64,000 bases of DNA from Antedon mediterranea (lineage: Eukaryota > Animalia > Echinodermata), in contig NC_092678.1 of assembly GCF_964355755.1 (NCBI RefSeq), forward strand, positions 20,973,365 to 21,037,364, written 5' to 3'. The position numbers were made by a program, and so were the translations under genes. Under the pieces are notes generated by a model. It saw only the letters and a program-made list of their open reading frames with translations, ran no database searches and was not told the DNA's origin. This document shows positions 51,001 through 62,725 of the stretch, piece after piece. Position 1 is the stretch's first letter; every line of letters starts with the position of its first letter.

Positions 51001-51749
51001 CATATTTGATGGCAGTGAATTTTATAATTTTACTAATTGTTATTGTGTATAAATAATTTCATAGTTATGCAATTATATTATATTTAGTATACAGTAGGCC
51101 TATGCTGTAGTTAAAAGGTCAATAACCATACTATCGGCCATTCTTGTACAAAATATTCCATTAGACTGGATAGAAACACGTCACATGTTTTAAACAATTT
51201 AAAAAGAAAAAAAAATTCATAAGACCACAATTTTCAAAGTTATATTATTATTATATTATTATATTTGACTAATAGTTCAAAGGTCAATAGTTGTAGAATC
51301 GACCATTTTTTGTAAAAACATTTCATTATAATAAATATGAATGTATAGTTTCTGAACAATTTGAGCCCTATTTCGTGTCTCTCCGATTATTGGTTACTGA
51401 GATACGATAAATCAAGGTCAAAGGTCAAAATGTCAGAAATACAACTTGCATCAATTTTTTGAGAAAAAGTGTCATTAAAGTGAATATAAAAACATATATT
51501 TAAAACATTTTGACACCAAAATTAATTATCTGTGACTAGTGGTTCTCGAGATATAGGGTAATTATAAAAAATGGCCGCCATTTTTAATTATGCAAATTAA
51601 GGGCTTAGATGGCCGAATTTCGCTTGGGATCCGCCATATTCGTAATCAGCGAGGTCGAAATATCCTAAATCAAGTGGATCCCAGCTTCTACCCAAAAATG
51701 CTTCTTGATTCGTTTTCTAGGCCGTTTTTTGAGAAATGGAACCTGTCTA
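48073..51749. mobile_element. Defective Academ-like DNA transposon with ~1.5-kb inverted arms (foldback structure)
   Basis: TAGACA...TGTCTA termini, TATAT on both flanks. Arms 48106-49547 and 50086-51706 are reverse complements and carry internal ~63-bp tandem repeats. Confidence 0.85.
49600..50402 (+). pseudogene. Academ-type transposase 3' fragment (XPG/PIN-like motifs + Cys-rich CXC domain), disrupted
   Basis: DHEE*DTRLV, VVVASRDTDV, HIKRAHFQALVW..PSPTYFGW, CGCK..CRCKK..LPCTALCRC. Stops and frameshifts are present. An inverted copy of the 3' part lies at ~49225-49570. Confidence 0.8.
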
Positions 51750-51942
51750 TATATGGTATGTATTGTGTGCATCCCTATTCTGACGAGCAGGCTTCGCCAC
51801 CTTGCTTCCCAAGTTCCTCTTGTGGTATTTTACCTGTTGAAATATAATATTGATTTGATTACTTCATTCAATATATAGCCTAATAAAGTAGAAATGGTAT
51901 GTTGGATGAAGAAGGCCACATTTCACATTGTAAATACATAAT

Positions 51943-52077
51943 GCAACCGTCACTAGGTAGAACATAACTGACAATTGCAAGTCAGCTAGTGACTGGGAAT
52001 ATATAAAGGTAAATAATACACTTCTACTTTTTAGATGACTTGCAATAGTCAGTTAAGTTCTACCTAGTGACAGCTGC
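51943..52077. mobile_element. Small MITE / inverted repeat
   Basis: GTCACTAGGTAGAAC(A/T)TAACTGAC(A/T)ATTGCAAGTCA inverted pair. Confidence 0.65.
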
Positions 52078-52624
52078 TAAAATCTTTACTTTACGTGTTT
52101 GTGTACCTTCTTTGCTTATGTTTTATTTGTATTCGAGATCGTTGTTGTTTCAGTAAATATTTACCTTTGGAATTATATTTTTCCGTTATTAATTATGTTT
52201 TCCACATTTTATTTGCAACTGACATTTAAATTAAACGCTACAAAACACAATATACTATCGAATTTCGTCAACATTCGACAAAATTTCTTTTTCCTAATAA
52301 CATATAAAAAAGTCTCACGTCAACGGTCGATTGAAATCTCTGATTTTCCAATCAGTATTCATTCGGACAAAAAATGAGTTTCGGATTACAAAAAACTATC
52401 AAATGAAATGTGTTATAAATTATATTGGCTTCTTATAGCTGGAATTATTATCAACTACTCAGCGTATACAGTTACCGTGATTTGGTTCGATTTCCGCACA
52501 TTGTTTGAACAATAAAGTTTTTACTTTTTGCCTGTGAAGGAACTGTGAAAGAGTGACTTTCTACTTTTATAGTAGGCCTAGTTGTATAATAAAGGAGTGA
52601 GAGACGGTCTTTGTCGTGAGATGT

Positions 52625-52850
52625 CGTGGTGGGCCAGTAAAGGGCTATCCTGGGCCAGTAAAGGGGTGTCCTGTGCAAGTAAAGAGATATCCTGGGCCAG
52701 TAAAGGGGTGTCATGGGCCAGTAAAAGGGTGTCCTGGGCCAGTAAATGGGTTTCCTGGGCCAGTAAAGGGTATTCTGGGCCAGTAAATGGGTGTCCTGGA
52801 CCAGTAAATGGGTGTCCTGGACCAGTAAAGGGGTGTCCTGAGCCAGTAAA
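52625..52850. repeat. 21-bp minisatellite (GGGGTGTCCTGGGCCAGTAAA) x~11
   Basis: Direct inspection. Confidence 0.92.
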
Positions 52851-53972
52851 ATATTCAAAGGTCTATCAAATTTATGTTATGTGATTTACGTTTTCATGCT
52901 AATAAATGTGAAAATAATGATAATGACGTCACGATGCCGTTATGATTCTACAGTTTACCGATTGTGCCAATGAAAAGTTTGTGATCATGATTATGATAAT
53001 GGTTTCATCAAAAATAAATGTTGATGACAATCACGAATGATCACACTTATCATGCTCTCTTACGTTGGTTCTTGCAACTGCTGCTGTACGCCTGTGATTG
53101 GTTAAAATATGACAACAAAATTACGCGTATTCATGACGTCACAATGATTTTTCTGTATAGGCTGTTCTAATAATAAGCCTTGAATTAATCATATTCCAGA
53201 CATTGTCCATTATATGTCTTGAATTTGAAAACAAAATAGAAACAAGATGAGGACATTTTTAATTTAGTAAATCACAAAAAAAGTGGTATTTACCTGGCGG
53301 TGTATTTTCTATAAATTTGCATTTGAAACAGACCACCTGTAATTGAATATATCAATTTAATCTAAATTTTAGCCATCAAAAGAGAACATAGAACTTGTCA
53401 TTTCTTGAACAAATACTGTATATTTAGAAGCGTTACAGTACTCTGTTACAACCTGTATGTAAATAACACACACATGTGTGCTCCGATTCAACTGTTGTTT
53501 ACGATTTGTGTGTAACAATAACCGCGTTGTTGTTGCTGTACGGTAAGTTTATACTTACGAATAATGCCTATAATATATAATTATTATTATTAGACAGTTA
53601 ATATATGCCTAATATGATACAGGTATTATTGGTGTGGAGCGATCGATTACCATAGATTGGATATTGCATACAGAACTGAGACAACTAGTCTCTCTGTAGA
53701 AAGCAATATGGTATTTAAAATGGGTACTTTACCTTTTTTTATAATAATAAGCGTGTTTTGTTGAAAATTTTTGAAATTTATGAAGTATATTGAGTACGGC
53801 GGTAGCGTATCCTTGTACTAATCTCATAAGCCAGATTAGCTCTTTAAAAAAAAAACCGGGTATACAATCATGAATTGGATATGGTGTATTATTAAGATAT
53901 GAAGCCATTCAGGAAGTGTATATAACATAAAATAGCATTTAATTAAATATATGATTTTTCTTTAATGACTTT

Positions 53973-55386
53973 TCAACTTGTAGAAAATCTAGGGTTGCAC
54001 CACTCCGTCTTTATAATGTTGTCATAGACTTTCGTCTGCTTTCTTATAGATTCTTCATTACCGGCATTCTCGAGAGTTCCGCACGCAACTGGTTTTGAAT
54101 ACACCTGTAATGTTACATCAAATCAATACAACCGCTATGAAATGAAGGTAATAATCATTTTTAATTGCGTAATGTGGCTTGCGTTGTAATCAAATCAAAA
54201 CCCTATTTACAAAACAAATGACGTGACCTTTGATTAGTTAACGTCTATTCGTCCGAATACACTGTAATAAATGCATCGGTTTCGATTCGCCTCGTAGAAA
54301 TGATTACGCCCTTTCCAACGGGTAGCGTCGTTACCAGCACGGAAGGATAACGTTAACGTGCACGCACACATACGAGCGACCTTTGATTATCTAACGTCTA
54401 TTCGTCCGAGATACTGCGTCACCTGGGACGAACATCCACTGTAAAATGCATCGGTTTCGAATTCACCTCGTAGAAATAATGATGTCCTTCCAACGGGTAG
54501 TGTTGTTACCACCACGAAAATATAAAGTTAACGTGCGCGCGCACACAAGAGCCGTTTGTCATTTAAACGCCGGCGAAAAATATGTTCTTGTTTATCTTCA
54601 GTTGAGTTAGAAATGCCCATCTACAGTAGGCCTAACTTTTCCGTTGATTTTTATAATAGAATAATGATTTGTGGCTGTAATTGTTCGGATTTATTATTCT
54701 TATTATCAATGGGAAAGTAAAGAAAGCTCTCTGCCATTTCTTGACAAGATAGCCTGAACGGTACACATTGGCCTCCCCTCCTTTATACAAAATGTCTAAT
54801 AATAATAAATTACGCCTAGAAAATAATCAAGTCATCCTAACTACTATAATAGTAACTTCATCAATCGAACAAGGTATTAAATCAAAACAAATATATCAAT
54901 CAATGAAACAAGTCAATCATTGAAACATCATTCAATCAAGTAATCTAAAATTCAGTCTATCATTCAGTCAATCAATCATTCAATCAATCAATGATACAGT
55001 CAATCAATCATTAAATCAATTATACAGTCAATCAACCATCATAGCAATCAATCAATCAAACGATGACGTAACTGTGTGCGTAAAAATCCATTTATCGCCT
55101 AACTGATGAATCAAACAAATCTCGTAATAGTTACTGTGAAAATATATGGCTATTGAAAACTTAATTAATTAATTAAAATGTTGATTATTATATTAAATTT
55201 ACCGTAAGAAGTCTCGCTGAACGTCATCCTCGTTGTATTGTTTTCTTGTCTGGCATGGTTACGGTTCAATGAGCGCACATTCTTTTCGGGCTGGCAGACG
55301 ATAATGTAAACCTTTGGCAGGAACATACAGCCTAAAGTAACTGTAGCACTTAGGCTGATTGCTACACACAGTGTTGTACTTTGCAC
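53973..55386 (-). CDS. Metabotropic glutamate receptor-like class C GPCR, terminal exons (TM7 + C-tail); upstream exons not found in the window
   Basis: Exon 55386-55203 encodes QSTTLCVAISLSATVTLGCMFLPKVYIIVCQPEKNV (mGluR TM7 signature). Phase-consistent downstream exons: 54674-54637 and 54104-53973 (ends FSTS*). Confidence 0.82.
54225..54552. repeat. Diverged tandem duplication (~150-175 bp x2) in the last mGluR-like intron
   Basis: GACCTTTGATTA..AACGTCTATTCGTCCGA..ATGCATCGGTTTCGA..TTCCAACGGGTAG occurs twice. Confidence 0.8.
54890..55060. repeat. Degenerate (TCAA)n microsatellite
   Basis: Direct inspection. Confidence 0.75.
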
Positions 55387-55859
55387 CTATAAAAACAAAA
55401 ATATAATTCATTTTAAGAATGTGCACTTAGAATAACATTTACAGGATGTTGGTGTCCTGAAATAACACGTATAACTTTCGATTTAATTTGATTTTTATAC
55501 ATTCGATACGTACAATGTAATCTCCATATAATTTCATTAAGAACTATTATCGATACGCACTTAAGCATAGATGTAAGTCTTCATGAAACAGCTGAAAATA
55601 GTCTAAAGAAGTTAGTTCTTTCTAACATCCACAAAGCAATACATAGAATTCTGTACATCCATAGAAAAGAATCATACCATATTTCCAGACATCAAGAAGT
55701 ATACCTACTTCTACAAATATAGAAAAAACTTCCTATTTTCAAAAAATTACTTATAATTTCTTAAGATCTAGTTTAAAGTACCTAGTTCCTGACATCTAGT
55801 CAGCCAGAAAGAAATATGTTCCTTAACAACCAAAGAGAAGCATCTGCGAGCCACCCAAA

Positions 55860-56480
55860 AAAGAAGTAGCTACTTCCCGAAATAAAGAAAGAAACATCCA
55901 CTCCTCCCTGACATCCAGAAAGAAGTACCTACTTCCTGACATGCAAGAAGAAGTATCTACTTCAAGACATCCAGAAAGAAGTATCTACTTCCCGACATCT
56001 AGGAAGAAAAGTATCTACTTCCTGACATCTAGGAAGAAGTATCTATTTTATGACATACAGAAAGAAGTATGTACTTCCTGACATACAGGCAGAAGTATCT
56101 ACTTCCCGACATCTAGGAAGAAGTCTCTATTTTATGACATACAGGAACAAGTATCTACTTCCTGACATACAGGAAGAAGTATCTACTTCAGACATCCAGA
56201 AAGAAGTAAATACTTCCCGACATCTAGGAAGAAAAGTATCTACTTCCCGACATCTAGGAAGAAAAGTATCTACTTCCCGACATCTAGGAAGAAGTATCTA
56301 TTTTATGACATACAGGCAGAAGTATCTACTTCAGACATCCAGAAAGAAGTAAATACTTCCCAAAATATTGAAAGAAACATCCACTTCTAGACATCCAAAA
56401 AACAGGAACTACTTCCTCATATCCAGGAATAAGTATCTACTTCCAGACATCTAGTAAGAAGTACAGTATCTACTTTTAGA
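55860..56480. repeat. ~28-30-bp minisatellite (AGAAGTATCTACTTCCCGACATCTAGGA)
   Basis: Roughly 20 diverged copies, fading leftwards towards ~55600. Confidence 0.9.
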
Positions 56481-59400
56481 TACACTAAGAGAAAAGGACC
56501 CTCTTTGTGCTAAATGATAAACAAGCAACTTAAAGTTCGTTTTATTCTACTGCAATCCCTAATATTTATAAAACAGAAATAATCAACAAGCAAAAAGCTG
56601 ACGTGTTTTTCATTTAATAGTATGGGTAGACTTTCAATGATATGTCTTGCATACAGTAGGTTTTCTTCATACATAACTACGTATTCAGATGGTAATTGCT
56701 TGGAAGATTAGTCAACAAATCAGGACAAAAATACATCTACGAATCTTGTGTTCAGATGCCGATTCTTGTCAAAATGTATTTACATCTGTTACACAGTTAG
56801 CGGGCACAGTAGGCCTACGTGGAATTGATTGCAAGCGCGCATCCGAGATGAACAATTTGAAAATTGTGCAAATTTGTCACAGACGGCGACGGATCACTTT
56901 TCACTACATTACTTTGTCAATATTTGTTTAATATGTTTGCACATTGAAAATCAAAGACCTGTTTCTATGGAAACCTGTTTCTATGGAAATTGTAATTTAA
57001 ATCTATGAATGATAAGAGTATATTGAGTTATATTAATTAATTCCCACTTTTTCTAAGCACTGTGGACATTCGTTTGATAATGTATTATATCCGGGAATTT
57101 CACTATTCCTAGGCCTTGATTATAATTATTTCTAGCATGGTCAGATCAGACCAAACATACTATACGTTTCTAGGCCAGTGTTGCCGGATGAAGAAGCATA
57201 TTTTTTGAATAAGATACGATATTGTTTTACTAGGCCTAATATATTTAGGCAAGTCATTGATACCGATTGCACCTGAAATGTTTACCCCAGCCCCGTGGGC
57301 GAGTTTGTGCCAAACAATCCGTACCGACCAAAATCAAGTTACACCGTTAGGAACCAAAAGATAACATGCGTAGTTGAAACCCACTATTTTCCTTAATGTG
57401 CATGGTTGAGAATTATTACATATTTGTTGCCGTTTCTTATCCGAAAGTTTGTTCAATCGCCACTGGATCAATGCAAAGTCTTAAAGCCCACGCTGAGATT
57501 TAACGAACATTGAACCCCTTTAAATGGTTGGTTTTGTGTACTGTCTCTTTAAGGCATAGATGACAAAAATGACACATAAACTAGAATATCGACACTTGAT
57601 GGTGGAAATATTCCTTAAATCTCTTCTTGAAATACTCGTTATAGATATAATCGTTTTCAAATCTATTTCAAGTGTGGCTAGTTTTCTATACTGCGTAGGT
57701 TTGTCCATTTCGTGCTCTAAATTATTTATATTTTCAAATTAGAATGTAGGCATATTCGACAATGCTTGTGGAACTAAATGGTTAGATTTATCCGGCTAGT
57801 ATTTTAACTAGATGTAGGTATAGTAGATTTTTACTGCAAATGGGCATAGTAGAGGTTTTTTACTTTAAATATAACAGATCTGTGTTTTGATAATTCGTTT
57901 TTTGTTTTTATAACCGACCATGTGTTCATGTAACCATTTGAATCACCCGCTCTGTCCCCGTATGCCGACTTCAGTTGTGTCCAGGCAAACAATATACATT
58001 CGGTTTCGATGTTTAGATGTCTGTTTATCGATCGTCGTTTGACCGGAGGTCAAAATCACTGATGCGTGTGTATCTACCATCTTCTACTTTCGATATGAAC
58101 TCGTTACGTAATAGCTTTCCGCGACCAGACATAAAAGTAATAGAGTACGCCGCGTACATAGCGCTACATTTGAGTCTTGATTCGGAACATTGACAAAGAC
58201 TGGTTTTTATTCACCATTGAAACATTTTTTTCTAAATAGTAGAAAGATAAACTTTAGTGTCTTCCGCGTTTTTATCTATTATTTATCTTCTTAGTCACTA
58301 TTGAATACCTTTTGTAAACAGTAGAAAGAGAGGAAAACTCAACAAAATATTGAAAACATCTTCGGGTCTTTGTCGAGTAAAGTTCTATTTATATTATTGG
58401 TATTTATTATATATTAATTTACGTTATGATATAAACAATCGGTGTGCTACAAACACATCTAGACACTAACACCATTCGGTTTAGTCATACACTTCCAGAT
58501 TCTAACTTTTGTTTTAGAATTGCATTCTACAATAAATATTCAATTAACAGAATATGTAATTGAGCTTTTTAGATTATGTATTTATTATATCTTTTGTAGA
58601 CCGGTTGGTTTAGAGTTTCTCTTTATGTCTTTAAATGAACATTAACTTTTGATGTTTCATTTTAACGACGGATTTATTAAGTACTTTCCTATCTAAACAC
58701 GTTTCATTGTTGAACGAAACTAAACATAAAGAAAGATATATACCAATGAAATGCAACTAATCTAGATTCCCGAGTGCTCTTTCTTCACATACTATTTATT
58801 TCCGAAGTATCATAGCAATATTTCGTAATACAGCATCTCATTTATATCACATGTGGTGCAATGTAAGGTTACTAAAGATACATTTGAAAAACGTGATGTT
58901 GTATAAAACTTATGTGACAGAAAAATGTAATGGGGTTAGGTTACTACTGGAAATGGACATGATGACGTCATATCACAGCGATATTTGGCCATATCACTAC
59001 CATATTTGGGCACATCACACTTTTTGTTGTCAAATTGGTTTGATAGTGTAGACGGAGCCTTATCAAATATTCATATGATACTTCGGAATTATGCAGTACC
59101 GAGAATCGGCTGTTTGTTGAGTACTGTATGTGTGTATCAACTTGCTTATGGCATGCCCCCTAAACCAGACTACCCTCCTTAAACACAAAACATTATTTTA
59201 TTCAAAAGTCATGTAATTTATTTAAATCTGATTCTATAGCCATTATTTCTGTCTGGCACACACGAGTATTTAACTTCAATCGTATTCCCGTATATAGAGA
59301 TATTAATTACGATTATTAGATCGAATTTGACGCAATCCTATACTGCTACTCCGATGACATTAAAACGTAAAAAGACAATCTGATTATCAATTTGTGGATT

Positions 59401-59554
59401 TAGTTTGCCATAGAATAATTTTACGTTCGACTGTGCTGATAAATTGAATCAAATTAAGAACATAAGATTAGATTCGCTATTCCTGTAAGAGCCACTCTAT
59501 AGAATATGTGACATTATACAGCATTTTCTATCGTGACGTGATCAAAACATGTAC

Positions 59555-59892
59555 AGTATTTCATATAACGCTTAAACACACGTGATCAGGGGTTATTTTT
59601 TCTACAAGCGTATCAATATTTGCGTACACAAACAGCACGCTGTCGATTTTACGTAATTACATCCTGCCTACCGATCACGTTTTGCGCTTAAAAGATACTT
59701 GTAAAGCTTGCTGTAGTGTTTCAAATTACGCGTAAACGCACGTAATCAGGGGTTATTTTTTTCTTCAAGCGTATCAATTTTTGCGTACACAAACACGTAT
59801 ACGTAACTGACTGACTTACGTAATTACGACGGTCATCCTGCCAATTATGCGTATTCTGGTGCGTACATACGACTGCGTTTTACGCTTAAAGA
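59555..59892. repeat. Diverged tandem duplication, ~160 bp x2
   Basis: CACGT(G/A)ATCAGGGGTTATTTTTT..CAAGCGTATCAAT at ~59579 and ~59739. Confidence 0.75.
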
Positions 59893-60822
59893 TTGGGGCT
59901 TGTAGGGGCCTAAATGTTGCTAGCTAACATGTTACGCATAGTCTGCGTGTTTGGTTCACTGACAAAAAGAAAACAGCTCGAGGAAAATTGATGACTAGCG
60001 CGGTAATTGGTCATCCGTCACATAATTGATATTTAGTTCTTAGCTTTTAATGCTCTCAATAAAACCATGATCTCAACTGATCCACTTCCTAATTGGGCTT
60101 AACGAGTTTGTTTAGGCTGAACATAATTAGTTTTGATGTTGACGCGTTGACATCCCGTCATGCGTTAGGGATGTACACGCGATAGCGCTGTAAGCGTTTC
60201 GTTTTTTCGTTTGTGTTATTTGACCATATATTTCTATTTCACTGCTATGTTTTTGTGGTAATTACAAGAAAATTACTAACTATGCATTGAATATATGTAA
60301 TTTATTTATTAGCTTGTTAGGCTCCGAGAAGAATACTATTTCTATGAAAATATACCCTCCCACGACTACAGCGTGTTCCACCAATACAGTACATCAAGTC
60401 CATTGATTGTGGGTAATACCCCGAATCGGCCTTCAGGAAAATAACATTGCTTAAGATACTAAACTTGTGCTTTCTTGATATACGTCATTAGTTTACGCCG
60501 ATTCGCTTAAATAAAGTCAAAACAACTAGTAGATACCTAATGCTAAATTTCCGGTATTATATGTTATATCATCAATAGCCATTTCGGAAACGACTCATAT
60601 CCAATTATAATACAATTATTGTAGAATAGTTTCTTTTTATTGCAATGTCGCCATTCAATAACTGGCATCTGTATACGCACATCATCAATAGCGCGTTTTG
60701 TAGTATTAAAATGCCTTTGTACGCCGCGCGGTAGAATATTTGACTACGTCCCCCTTCGCGAAAAGTTTAGTTTGGGGCTTTTTCGACGTACGGTAGGTGT
60801 GATCGGCTACTCTTTAAAATAC

Positions 60823-61232
60823 CTCGATGTACCTCCTTTAAATCGTTGATGTCCCTCCGTTACAACGGCGATGTACCGTCCGTTATAACTTCGATGTACA
60901 GTCCGTTATAACTCCGATGTACTGTCCGTTATAACTCCGATGTACCGTCCGTTATAACTCCAATGTACCGTCAGTTATAACTCCAATGTACCGTCTGCTA
61001 TAATTTTGATGTACCTCTGTTATAATTCCGATGTACCGTCCGTTATAACTCCGATGTACCGTCCTTTATAACTCCGATGTACCATCGTTATAACTCTGAT
61101 GTACCTCCGTATACTAACTCCGATGTACTTCCTTATATCGTTGATGTGCCTCCGTTATAACTCCAATGTACATCCGTTATAACTCTGATGTGCTTCGTTA
61201 TAACTCCGATGTACCTTCTTTATAACTCCGAT
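60823..61232. repeat. 23-bp minisatellite (GATGTACCGTCCGTTATAACTCC) x~17
   Basis: Direct inspection. Confidence 0.92.
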
Positions 61233-61776
61233 AGTTTTCAGATATCTGATTTAACGTTACACCATAATTACACAACCGATTGAAACACTGTATTTAACAG
61301 GTCAAAGGTCAAAGTGTGTTTACACAGAAGCATGTAGTGTAGCCAGTGGGAGAGTTAGTTTAGAGGCATTTAAGCCAACACATCCAAGCTAATTAATCAC
61401 ATATTATGGCTTAACAATTGGCTGGTGAGTGTTTACGGACTTTTAATCAATTTTTTCATTTCCTTACAAAGTGAGTTATGAATGCGTTAATGTAACGTCG
61501 CCTCTAACCCTAATGACAGAATAATAACCAAGCCCACACACTCTTGATCACTGTCTGTAGATACTCAAAACATTCCATTAAGTAACCATCCCCCTTCCAA
61601 CCGCTTATAGATTTTGTAACTAATACAACAGCCTCGGAGAAAGTTAGCCCCTAGCTATAATGTTTCGTTACTCTCATCAGCCTGAAAATTACTAAAATGA
61701 GCCGACAACTCAAGAACCAAAATGTAATTATTATCGTCCTCAAGTTTAGCAGGAAACTGAGGAAATTCGATTAGAC

Positions 61777-61806
61777 CATAGAGATATTCACTATAATATC
61801 TCTATG
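61777..61806. mobile_element. 30-bp CA..TG palindrome with 7-bp TSD (P-like footprint)
   Basis: ATTAGAC|CATAGAGATATTCACTATAATATCTCTATG|ATTATAC. Confidence 0.55.
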
Positions 61807-61898
61807 ATTATACCCTATACCCACACCCGCAGGGCAGCACCTCTTAAATGAATGACAGGGGATCGGATCAATTCACCGGGGTACCCATGCTAATTTAA

Positions 61899-62494
61899 AG
61901 GCCAGGTGCGGGCAAAAAATTTCTATTGATCATACATTCCAATAATTATCGATCTATAGTTTCCCCTATGTTTCATAATTTTTGGGATTTTATTTGTGTT
62001 ACACAAGCTTGTTGAAAATAAGCACTTTCTTATCAGTGGGGGGATAGTTCAAATTACACAGTAAAATCTCTATTCTTTTATACACAAATTTTGTAAATAG
62101 AGAGGCATTTTAAAAAGCTATGAAAAATAAACGGTGTGGTAAAAAAAGTTATCAGATGACTAAATATAGGTAATATAACTTGAATATTACATTTCTGATA
62201 TTTTTATTCAACTTCAGATTTTTATTTTCATGCTATAGCAAAAATTATCCACCGTATATCCACCACCTTTTTTCACCGTCTAGGGAGTCACCAGACATGT
62301 TATTACATTAGGTTAACTACCTAGCTACTGAAAAAAAGGTCTTCCTGGTTTTTATGGAAGAATTTTGCAAAATTTTGTATTTGGCCATATTAAGGGAAAT
62401 TCATGTTTTTTTCGTCTTGATTTCTGTTACAAATATTTGATTTATGTACAATTAACCAAATATTATATTTAAAATTCATGCCTGTACCTGAGCT
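61899..62494. mobile_element. Kolobok-like non-autonomous element
   Basis: TTAA|AGGCCAGGTGC ... GTACCTGAGCT|TTAA. The same right end (AATTCATGCCTGTA.CTGAGCTTTAA) occurs at ~2727-2752. Confidence 0.5.
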
Positions 62495-62695
62495 TTAAAA
62501 GATACACTGGGTTCTGTTAAGCCAGATGTGTACCACTGGACCTTCAGTCCTTATCCAACACGAACTATGGCCTAGGGGAGCCTGGAACCTATGTCGATTG
62601 TATAGCTACGGTTTTGTAATCCCCTGCTTTGATAGCTCAAACATTCGAAAACAACAACAACACCAACTAAGTGTTTAGAAAAGAAACTTTATCGT

Positions 62696-62725
62696 CATGA
62701 AGGAAATAACTAAATTTCCTCCATG
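62696..62725. mobile_element. 30-bp CA..TG palindrome with 7-bp TSD (P-like footprint)
   Basis: TTATCGT|CATGAAGGAAATAACTAAATTTCCTCCATG|GTATCGT. Confidence 0.55.

Noticed and set aside
52472-52884. 128-aa and 100-aa ORFs on both strands
   Set aside because: They are translations of a 21-bp minisatellite.
56050-56352. 100-aa repetitive ORF
   Set aside because: It is a translation of the ~28-30-bp minisatellite.
61655-61690. Second hammerhead-like core on the minus strand (CTGATGA-GAGTAAC-GAAAC)
   Set aside because: Stem II would be only 1 bp and I found no complementary stem I/III or NUH site.
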